Assembly (NCBI GenBank): GCA_028023455.1
Contig: JAQFVV010000009.1
Span: forward strand, 18,042,001 to 18,106,000
DNA: 64,000 nt
Reading direction: 5' to 3'
Source of the DNA: Epiperipatus broadwayi
Taxonomy: Eukaryota > Animalia > Onychophora
Below are positions 40,289-51,042 of the stretch, piece by piece. The stretch's first letter is position 1. Every line of letters begins with the position of its first letter. A program made the translations under genes and the position numbers. Below the pieces are notes generated by a model that saw only the letters and a program-made list of their open reading frames with translations, had not been told where the DNA came from and ran no database searches.

Positions 40289-41287
40289 ATGCATTTGGAA
40301 TATTTAACTAAAAATTAAACTTTTCTAAAGACATTCAACACACATATTAGATGATGGAAATAGTCCAATATAAAAATACAGATAAAATTAATGCGTTTAG
40401 CTGAGAGCATGTTGGTCAGTTCTTGTAGGATGGATTGTTTTCTGTCAACTGATCCATATAATTCTTTGACATCGAGGGTGGTCATGTAGAAGTTGTTCTC
40501 GATCGTGACCTTTTTGATTTTCTCCACAAATTGAAAAGATGAATTAATAGAATAATTTCCAAAGCCCAAGCAGTCTATTAGTATTTGATTGACCATTTTT
40601 GCCATTTGAAAATAATGGATTCCCCCAAAATCCATCATTAAACGCAGCGGTTCTCCAGGCTTATGGAGTTTAATATTGGCAAATATTCTTGGAGCTTTAG
40701 TGGAGGAAGGATAAACTCGGTAGTATCCTGCAATTGAAATGCCTTTGTTTTTATGTTGACGGAGAATGGAGGAAACAAATTTATCGTGGTTAAGCTTGTT
40801 GTTGAATTGTGCGACAGGAGTGAGTTGTAGATTTGCAATTTGTTCGTTTATTTTTATTTTATAATCCTGAGAATGTAAAAGCACAAATCTGTTGCCCTTG
40901 TCTTCTTTAAGGCAGATTAAATTATTACGATCTAGAAACTGTTTTGTAATTTTGATGTCACTATTCCAGCTATTATCTTTTATGTATAACTGTTTCTGTT
41001 TAATAGATTTAGCTATATCTGATATGATGCTATCTCTATGCAGATTATTAATTAGATTTGCTTCGACATCAGCGATAAGTTCTAGTTTGGGTTGTTTCCA
41101 TTGACCTCCTATGAATCTTGTTCCAAGGGATAGAACTTTTGTTATCCTATCAGGAGGGGTAATGCTATCAATAGACGGGATACCTGCTTTGACATCTCCA
41201 AACGTTGGACTATCTAGCTCATTTGCATATGTTTTGCATACTGCTTTGTTTCCTTGCCCTATTTCCTCATTCTGCATCTTGCATTAC

Positions 41288-41328
41288 CACTATGAGTATG
41301 AGGCAAATGGCCTTGAAAGCACTTAGCG
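41288..41328 (+). ncRNA. Second copy of the PLE hammerhead-like motif (mutated)
   Basis: CACT-ATGAGTA-T-GAGGCaaatgGCCTT-GAA-AGCACT-T-AGCG. It carries three CpG-type transitions and G at position N7. Confidence 0.6.
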
Positions 41329-42527
41329 TATAATAATTTTTCGAATCTTTATAGCTTCTCGTTCAAGTGTTTCATACGCTTTTTAATTTGTATATTAAAT
41401 TATCGAGGGAGAAGTTTAAAATCCTTAATATTTTACAAATATGAACTTTTATCAACAAAGGCTTACATTACGCCTTGGTATTTCAGTCAAAACATTGGAA
41501 CAGCACCTAACATTTTTGTCTGAATGCAAGAAATTCAATATTGTTCCTAACTGCTGCAGAATAAAACTAGACAGCTCTATATATAACCATGACAAAATCA
41601 TTAATAAACTACAAAAGCACCTCTTGACTTTCATCATTCGTGGATGCAGTAACGCATTACGTAAAGAAAGAAAAAGATGGCTCACAATAACGGCAAATAG
41701 TACCCTCCCCCAATGGATTATCGATAAACTCAACATTACAGAAATAAACCACCGCAAACGCTTTGTTCTTAAAATCAAATTTTTAGCTTATAAACAAAAC
41801 ATAAATATGGACTTACAGCAAGCTTCGTATGTTAATAGGACTAGCATTACCCCTTCCTGATAGGATAACAAAAGTTCTATTCCTTGGACAAGATTCATAG
41901 GAGGCCAATGGAAACAATCCAAACTAGAACTTATCGCTGATGTCAAAGCAAATCTAATTAATAATCCGCATAGAGATAGCATCATATCAGATATAGCTAA
42001 ATCTATTAAACAGAAACAGTTATACATAAAAGATAATAGCTGGAATAGCGACATCAAAATTACAAAACAGTTTCTAGATCGTAATAATTTAATCTGCCTT
42101 AAAGAAGACAAGGGCAACAGATTTGTGCTTTTACATTCTCGGGATTATAAAATAAAAATAAACGAACAAATTGCAAATCTACAACTCACTCCTGTTGCAC
42201 AATTATAACAACAAGCTTAACTGCGATAAATTTGTTTCCTCCATTCTCCGTCCACATAAAAACAAAGGCATTTCAATTGCAGAATACTATTGAGTTTATC
42301 CTTCCTCCACTAAAGCTCCAAGAATATTTGCCAATATTAAACTCCATAAGCCTGGAGAACCACTGCATTTAATGATGGATTTTAGGGGAGTCTATTATTT
42401 TCAAACGACAAAAATGGTCAATCAAATACTAATAGACAGCTTGGGCTTTGGAAATTATTCTATTGATTCGTCTTTTCAATTTGTGGAGAAAATCAAAAAG
42501 GTCACGATCGAGAACAACTTCTACATG

Positions 42528-42661
42528 ACCACCCTTGATGTCAAAGAATTATACGGTTCAGTTGACAAAACAATCCATCCAAATCATCCTACAAACCACC
42601 CTTGATGTCAAAGAATTATACGGTTCAGTTGACAAAACAATCCATCCAAATCATCCTACAA
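42528..42661. repeat. Perfect 67-bp tandem duplication in PLE RT (frameshifting)
   Basis: 42528-42594 equals 42595-42661. Confidence 0.92.
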
Positions 42662-43797
42662 GAACTGACCAATCATGCTCTCAGCTGAACGCATTAATTT
42701 TATCGTTACATTTTTAACATGGATGGACAAACACATCTATACCACATTTGAATACGGTTGGTACAACATGAAAAGTGGATGGCCCATGGGTCTCCCTCTC
42801 AGTGGAATTATAACCAGCATATTCATTAATCACTACGAAAAACTAATCGTATCAAAATATCAAGCTGACTGCCCTCACCCTATATACATGCGGTATGTAG
42901 ATGGTATATTCATCTTAGCCAACCAACACATTACAAATAGTATCATGAAGATTTATCACAAAACACTAATCTAACTTTCAATTCCACAACAGAAGATGCT
43001 TTCCAAAGTCTAAATTACCTCAACCTCCGGCTAACACGTGATGAGAGAACAATAAATTACTCAATGATAATAAAGCCCTTTGAAATCGGAGGTTTTATAT
43101 ACCCACTCAAAGTCACCAAGCTCTCACAAATTTGCAGGCCTTCAAGCATTTTTATATAGAAATATGCAACTGTGCAAGTTTGAAGCGGATAGAAAGAATA
43201 ATATACATCTCTACACCAAAGACTTACTACAAGCAGGCTACAAACTCAACACTATTAACAATAAAATTAAACAATTTTATAAGAAAATCATAGACAATAA
43301 AAACGATACTAAAATTCCATATATCACTCTTCCACACATACCTAAAATCTTTTACCAATTAATTAAAGTTTTGTCCAATAAATTTAAAATTAGTTTTCAT
43401 ACACCCCCATGCACTAATTGTCTAATCAAACCTTCTCAGACCCCCCAAGTTGTTTACAGCATATCATGCCCACAATCTGGTTGCCGGGCCATTTATTTTG
43501 GGAAAACCAAAGCAGCCATAATCAACAGGACAGCACAACATAGATACACCTATAATAGAGCAAAGAAAAACAATGATAACTCATCAACATTCTTAGAACA
43601 TTCCAAGAAGACAGGACATGTGTTTGAACCCTCCAACCCCAAAATAGTCGGCATTGAGAAAAATGACATCAAGCAGAAAATCAGAGAAGCATACTTCATT
43701 AATGGCAATAATAATGCTATCAATAGATGGGATACCTGCTTTGATATCTCCAAACGTTGGACTATCTAGCTCATTTGCATACATTTTGCATACTGCT

Positions 43798-43834
43798 TTG
43801 AATATGAGGCAAATGGCCTCGAAAGCGCTTAGCG
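43798..43834 (+). ncRNA. Third copy of the PLE hammerhead-like motif, 5' side damaged by a ~46-nt deletion
   Basis: TTGAATA-T-GAGGCaaatgGCCTC-GAA-AGCGCT-T-AGCG. Stems II and III are perfect; the upstream stem I/A3 region is deleted relative to the other copies. Confidence 0.55.
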
Positions 43835-44109
43835 TATAATAATTTTTGGAATCTTTATAGCTTCTCGTTCAAGTGTTTCATATGTTTTTTTAATTTGTAT
43901 ATTAAATTATCCAGGGAGAAGTTTAAAATCCTTAATATTTTACAAAATCAATATATTTCAAAAAAAAAAATAACAATAATAAATTTAAATGTTCTTTCCT
44001 TATTTATACAAATGGAGGGGGAGGTTTGTACATTTCATTTCTGCTCTCTAAATATTTCATGGACTCATCTGCAATACTTTTTAATAGGAGACATTACATA
44101 ATACTGGCT

Positions 44110-44975
44110 ACTATGATTACCATTTCCTCCTTATTCTCAGTTAAAATGAAATTTCCTCTGCATACTCGTTTACACAGCTCTATTGACATGTGTTAGTGAA
44201 TAGGAGAAACAGTTTTCATTTGGCTACTTTTTTGTGAGGCAATGAGGGTTTCAGAATAACAGTACATTTCACTTTGTGACCATTTGAAGATTAGATCTAC
44301 TGCACTTGGTAAACTTCAACTCCATTTTGTTTGTTTTACTAAACTCTTCTGGCTGCAATAACATTTTGTTAAGTCTATCAAAAATGAATTTCAAGAGCTA
44401 TCTAAGAATATTTTTCTCTCTGGCTCTGCACTGTAGTGTAATTATCAACTGCTCACTAACTATGATGACTGACTTTCTGTACTGGCTTTCTGGTTGCTAA
44501 AATGCATTCTTCTATAATTCTTTTAAATTCTTATGAAAATGTAGTGGCTGCTTCGACAGTTATTTTTTAATATTTATGATTATAATAGTTTCAAAATCTA
44601 TACAACTATTCTCTATTTGCAGTGAATAGCTTGGAATTGTGTAATCCAGATTCTCAATTAAATTCTCTATAAAAACTTAAAGTTTTCTCACACAATATCA
44701 AAACTGTCACTCAGACACTCAGAACATTCTTCTAACTTGTATCGTTTAGAGATAAATTTAAGACTTTTTTCCATTTCAATCAAAAAATTGTTCCTTATTT
44801 TACTTGCAATTTTAACTATTTCAGGGCATGAGAAATAATGATACAAATCTGTTCTCCCTTTGTAATTTTTCTGGTTGAAGATTCATTCTTTTGAAACATA
44901 TAGCTTACTGAAGTATGACTTATTATCTTTTCTTACTAAATCAATGATTTTTATTTTCTCATTTAACAAAATTAT
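44110..44975 (-). pseudogene. Decayed Tigger/pogo-like transposase (N-terminal HTH domains into DDE region)
   Basis: Manual translation gives LLNEKIKIIDLVRKDNKSY...FQKNESSTRKI...KKVLNL...KLFTANRE.LYRF...KITVEAATTFS.EFKRIIEE...NPHCLTKK, matching the Tigger1/TIGD1-type order. Confidence 0.75.
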
Positions 44976-47292
44976 TTACATTTTTTAAATTTATTGATCA
45001 TTATTTTAATATAAAATATTTTACTCAAAATATGATACACCCTGCATGTAGTATAAAACCTTTTAGGTAAAAAAAAATTATTTACAAGTGCTTTTTAACA
45101 CATTCTCTAGCAATTGCTACAAAATTGCTTATTTTAAGGTATTTTTGGGACATTAAAATGGCATTGCTATTGTTTCAGCTTTTCATTTGTTTGCAGTTAT
45201 CTATAATGTTAGTTTTCTAGTATACTTTTTTCATAAGAAGTCATTAATTAAAATTGTAAAAAAAACTGAAGATGTCAGTATTATATACAAAAATTGAATA
45301 TGAAAGCAAGCAAATAATGCCTAATTGAACCAACAGCATCATTGGTTTGTATATTATTTGGCTGCAAGGAAGTTTCACTTATGTTGTTTTTTAATATTTT
45401 GAAAAATATGTAATTTTCAGTAATTTATTTTATTTATGCAATATATTTGTAAAATATTTCTTTTAAATCAAAAAAAAATACTTATTTACAATTAGATTTT
45501 ATTTGAAAATGTTTTTTTAAGAAAACAAATTAAAAAACATATTTATAATAAAAGCAGAAGTTATTTTAACTTTTTAAAGCAAATTGTTTTCATAAACACT
45601 AATGAAGAAATTTTTTGTGAAATTTTAATGAAAGTGTAATTTTTATTTTTAAAACATATTTTCATTTAATTATAATGACTCAACTAAAATTTCTTTGTAT
45701 TTTATAAATGGAATTCAGATAAGAAATATTTTATTCAATAAGTTTTTATGAATAGATTATATTACGAGCCAGTAGGGAAATAGACATTGTTAGCCTTATA
45801 TATTTGTTTTAAAATACTTTATTTGTAAATTTTGCAAGCTTCAAATATTAACTTTTAAAATGTATTTCATTTGTAAGATTATATTTGTAAAAATAGAATA
45901 TTGCCAATATGATCAAAAGTCTCACTAGGATTTTTCAAAAAAGAGATGGATGAATTGATAGTAAACAAGTTAACTACAGTATTGAACTTCATTTAAATGA
46001 CAAAGAAAACATGACTAAATAAATTCATATTTTCCGAGAAAGTTAAATTTACCTGAGAAAAAAATGGTTGCCACTGACCAAGAAAAACATAAATTCACAT
46101 TTGAGATTTGAGAATGTGGTATTTAATGAAAAAAAAATGGCTGCATACTGGGTTTCATAAAATGTAATTAGTTTGTAAATTTCAATGTTTTTATTATTTG
46201 TTTGTTTATATATATTTTTTTTATTTACATTTTTTTTTATAAAAATAATAAATACTTTATTTCAATAAAAAAAGGTTACAAAAGCAATTTCACTAATTTG
46301 ATTAGGTGTTAGTATATAATTGAAATTGTGCAGTTTAATATAGCATAGTTCACAGCTTCATTATATTAAAATCATCATAAATTATAGATTTAAGATAGAT
46401 TTTAAATATTTTTTGTAAATTGTTGCCAAACTTACTTTTGTTTTTAATTTTGAGATTGTGAAAATATTATACAGATTTCAAGAAGTATAGGGAAGAGAGT
46501 TGAATATTGATTTTTGAAGAAAAAAAATCAAAACAGAAGTGAGGAATGGTTTTGGAATTTTCTAATAATTACTGAAATATCTAATATAATTATATAATTT
46601 ATCCTGCACTTCTCAAATAATGTTTTGTAATTTGTTTTAATTCTGAAAAAAAAAAAATACTGATCAGTAAAATTACATTAGGTTAAGTAATGAAAGGCTG
46701 TCAGGGATCAATTGTGTTACTAATTTATTAATCAAATCGATTGGAGATATCTTTTATTAGTTATTAGTTATTGTAATATTCTGCATTGCTAATATATTAT
46801 TAACCATAAATCTTTATTATGCACAGTTAAACTGTGATGAAGTTCTCTCTTATATATCAGCCATTTAAATAATTATTATAATCTCTATTACATTTTGAGA
46901 GGCTGCCTTGATAATGTTTCAAATGCTAATTGATATATTCATGACTACTTCAGTTTGTAATGAATGCCGAAATTAAGATAAAAAAATCATAATTATATTT
47001 ACATGTAAAATAAATTGATATAACTTAAGGTAAAGTAGAAATATTGAATTTCTAAAATTTAGAGAATCAAAAACGCTGGTATAATTAGATTTAAATTGAT
47101 ATGTATAATCTTTATATATATTTATCAGAAATGAAAGTTAATTTTGCCTTTTGTATTTGTAGCATTACTGTTTTTTGTTTTGTTTTTTGAAAACATTTCT
47201 TTTAAATGATTTAAAGGTGAAACATTTTTTTAAAAAAAAAAATCAATACAAAACTATATAGTTGTCAGAAAGAATTTACTTTTAAATTTACT

Positions 47293-50100
47293 TCATCATC
47301 ATCAACCATTATCAATCCACTGCAGGATGAAGGTCTCTCCAAGTTCAACCCATCTTTTCCTATCTTTAGCTTCTCTTCTCCACATCACCTCTGCACACTT
47401 TCTTATTTCATCCATCCATCTCACATGTGGTCTCTTTCTGGGTCTTTTACAATCTCTTAGGAATCCAGTTTAAAATTTCAATTGTCCATCTATTATCATC
47501 TTTTCTAGCAATATGTCCAGTCCAACTCCACTTCAGTGTTTTAATTTTTTCAGTGAGGTCAGTAACACCTGTTTGTTCTCTTACTCATACATTGCATTTT
47601 CGATCTCTTCTTGTTATTCCCAACATGCATCTCTCCATACTTCTTTGAGTGGTCTGAAGTCTCTGTATTGCTCTTCTATTAAGTGTCCAAGTCTCAGATC
47701 CATAAGTAAGAACTGGCAAAACACATTTATTAAAAACCTTTCTTTTCAAACACATAGGCATATTTCCTTTTAGTATAAAGTTATTTCTACCAAAAGCACT
47801 CCAACCAAGTTTAATTCTATGATTAATTTCATCCATTATGTTTCCATCTGTATTAATAATCTGACCAAAGTATTTGTAGCTGTTAACTTTCTAATTCATT
47901 ATAATCAATCTTTATTTTCATATTTTGAGAAAATCTATTAAACATTACTTTAGTCTTTTTAACATTTATCTTTAGTCCTACTTTCATCTGATAACTCCTG
48001 CAACATTTCCTGCAGCTCTAAAGTATTATTTGCTAAAACAACTACATCATCTGCAAAATCTAAATGACTTAAATAATCTCCATTTACTTTCACTCCTTTA
48101 GCTTTTCATTTTAATCCACAAAATACTTCTTGCAGCACTGCTGTAAAAAGTTTTGGAGATACGGAGTCACTCTTTTCAATGTTGATTTTCCTACTATCAT
48201 TATGTAATCTAATTGTTGCTGTTGCATTTTTATAAATATTCCTTAAAATATGACAATATCCTGGATCTACACCTTGATGATCCAATGCTTTAATCAATGA
48301 AGAAATATTTATAGAATCAAATGCCTTTTCATAATCTACAAATCCTACACATAATGGCAACTCATATTCATTTGTCCTTTCTATAACTTCTCTCAATACC
48401 TGGATATGATCTACTGTACTAAAACGACTTTTAAATCCAGCTTGTTCTCTTGGTTGGTGGAAATCCAGTGTTTTCTGTAGACGAGTTGTAATTATCTTAG
48501 TAAAAATTTTGTATAAAACTGATAGGTCTGTAATTTCTAATATCTTCTTTATCACCTTTTTTAAATATTAATATTAATACTGCATTCTTCCAATCATCTG
48601 GTACATCTTTATCATTTAGACATTTGGTATATAACTTCACTAAAAAAATTCTATTTCTTCACCTGCTTTTTTTAATATAACAGTTATAATTCCATCATTA
48701 TCTGGTACCTTCCCTTTCTTCATAAATTTAATTGCATGTCTCACTTCCTCATTCAAAATCATGGGCAATTCTGAAAATATAATAGGTATAGGAGGCACTT
48801 GTTCTTTATTACTATATAATTCTTGACAGAAGTCTTCTACACATTTAATGATGTCATCTCTCTTTTTAGTAATAATGCCATCTTTTTTTCTTATTGCAGA
48901 TATAAATTTCCTACCAATACCAAAATGTTGTTTTACACTCTTTAGACCTTTATTTTCTTCTACAGCTTTCCTTGCTAGTTCACAATTATACTTTCTTATA
49001 TCATTTTCAACTCTTTTCCGCACCATTTTACAAAATTCGAGATATTCAATCTTTTTTAATGCATCATTGTTGTATATCCTCATATTCCTTCTTTTCTTCA
49101 TAAATTCTCTAGTCTCAGTAGAAATTTTATTGGTCAATTGCTGCTTTTTTCTACCAGCTATCTTTGTTGCAGTTTTTAAAAGTGTATCAGTTATTTTCCT
49201 ATTAATGTCATTCAAATCTGAATCATGTTCAAAACCTACTAATACTTGAAACCAATTTGTAAGTTCTAATTTAAATTCATTAGAATGTTTCTGAAGATTA
49301 GGAATATCAACTGTAAATATTGTTTTTCTTAATAATATTTGTCTCTCTAGTTTTGCATTAACATGTATCTTACATCTTACTAATCGATAATCACTTCCTG
49401 TGTTAAATTTATTAAGAACATTACAATCTTGAAATATGTATTTTCTGTTAGTCAAAATGTAATCCAATTCTGTTGTACCTTCATTTGGATGCTTCCATGT
49501 CCATTTCCTTTTAACATTTTTCTCAAAAAAAAAAAAGAATTCATAATATAAAGTTTTTCTTTTTCTGCAAACTCCACAAGTCTATGTCCTCTCTCATTTC
49601 TATTACCATAACCAAAATTACCTACAGCATTTTCATCTTTCATTTGTTTACCAATTCTAGCATTAAAGTCTCCCATAACAATTTTAAAATGTTGTTTACT
49701 CTGATCAAAATCCTTTTGTGCATCCATATAAAAATCTTCAACTACTTCATCACTATGAGGACTTGTTGGGGCATAAACCTGAATTATCTGCATTTGGTAT
49801 CTGCTATTAAGTTGTAAAACTAATCTTGCCACTCTGTCCGATACACCATCAATCTCCACAATGTTATTCTTTCATTTTTTTATTTATAATGAATCCTACT
49901 CCACTTGTATTTCCAATATTTGTACCTTTATAGTAGAGTTTATGTCCACATTTTAAATCAATTGTTTCTTCACTTTTCCTTCTAACTCCACAAAGTCCAA
50001 TAATGTCCCATTTAATAAAAGACAGTTCTTCTAACTCTTGCAATCTTCCTTCACTTGAAAGTGATCTGCAGTTGTAATCACTATCTTCAGTTGATAATTG
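47293..50100 (-). mobile_element. RTE-clade LINE, near full ORF, inactivated
   Basis: APE: NCRSLSSE..WDIIGLC, GVGF, GDFNARIG. RT: PREQAGF, VDYEKAFDS, DFADD; the GVRQG segment is missing before DSVSPKLF. The typical RTE 3' end TCCACTGCAGGATGAAGGTCTCTCC and (CAT)n tail lie at 47293-47340. Confidence 0.92.
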
Positions 50101-51008
50101 ATTGATGAATATTCTTCACCTAAAGATAGTTTAAGTACTGTAACACTATGACTATGCAGTAACACTTTATTATTATTGTGGGTTTTGCCATTTATTGCCA
50201 CATTCTTAAAAAAAAAATATATTTGTAGCATCTCAATTTTAGAGCTACATCGTAAACTTAATGATCCCTTTACATTATTAAAATACAGACTCAAAATATT
50301 ACAACTGGTTTATGGGTTTTGAAAACTTTTAAGAAATTTGTCTGACAAGTTGTTTTAATAAAAAATATTTTTCTTTCTAAAAATTAAAAATACATATATT
50401 AAACCTTACACGTGTTTAGTCAACAAAAGGTTTAAAAGAAAAAAATATATATGAAAAGAATGTTCAATCTTTAGTCATATTTGACCTCTGAATTGCTTCA
50501 CTGGTTATTATTAGATACTCTGGATCTAACTTAAAAGTAGTTTTTTTTTGTTTGTTTTTTACGGAAGATGGAGTGATTTTTTTTTTTTTTAAAAAAAGAA
50601 AGAATTTTAAACATTTACTTTAATTTATTACAATTTACTTATTGTAAAATTATTGTGTTTTTTTTTTTATTTAATATGTATAAAGTAATCAAATCATTTA
50701 TGGAATTCTTTTTTGGAATTATTTTACTATAGGTGTATTGGGACCATAAATTATAAAGTCAGTAAGTAGTTATAATCATGCTCACCACCCCATCCCCAAC
50801 TATATCTATTTTATTACATTTCTAAGGTTTTTTTAAGTTATAAAAAATAGAATGCCACTTTTCCCAGTCTCTAAAACATTCATTGTACATATTTTGGCTC
50901 TACTTCAAGATGTAACGCATGTAAAACCTAATTTAAATGTAATGTATGTGTATATATATATAAATTCACATCTAGTATTCAAAATTTGTAGTTCATCTTT
51001 TATATGAA

Positions 51009-51042
51009 GGCCCTCATTGTTCAATGGTTAGCACATCTGCCT
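51009..51042 (+). repeat. tRNA-derived 5' fragment (A-box), probable SINE relic
   Basis: GGCCCTCATTGTTCAATGGTTAGCACATCTGCCT resembles a tRNA 5' half. No B box follows. Confidence 0.4.

Larger units (their letters stand above)
39999..40380 (+). mobile_element. 382-bp tRNA-headed, hammerhead-containing SINE/retrozyme-like insertion
   Basis: 18-bp TSD GATAAAATTAATGCGTTT at 39981-39998 and 40381-40398; the sister PLE copy is uninterrupted near 42.69 kb. A-box-like TGGTTAGAGCG at 40005-40015, B box GGTTCGAATCC at 40054-40064, then a hammerhead and 42-bp repeats. Confidence 0.85.
38575..41167 (-). mobile_element. 5'-truncated Penelope-like element (RT plus GIY-YIG), inverted copy
   Basis: LKEDKGNRFVLL, PRIFANIKLHKP, LDVKELY, RYVDD, and GIY-YIG VIYSISCPQPGCRAIYFGET...R..QH...H...GH. 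It is the near-identical reverse complement of the 41.8-43.9 kb copy. Confidence 0.93.
41160..43945 (+). mobile_element. Penelope/Poseidon-like element with direct terminal repeats (pLTRs 41160-41439 and 43712-43945)
   Basis: The ORF starts at 41441 (HLTFLSECKKFNIVPNCCRIK). RT has PMGLPLSG and YVDG (mutated). The C-terminal GIY-YIG ends at 43769. A stop near 41858 and frameshifts break the ORF. Confidence 0.93.

Noticed and set aside
38643-43839. Short antisense ORFs over the PLE and other elements (for example 38692-38928, 41452-41778, 48848-49249)
   Set aside because: Shadow ORFs of TE coding strands, with no independent motifs.
47271-50640. TSD for the RTE element
   Set aside because: Only inexact AT-rich similarities were found, so the 5' boundary is left approximate.
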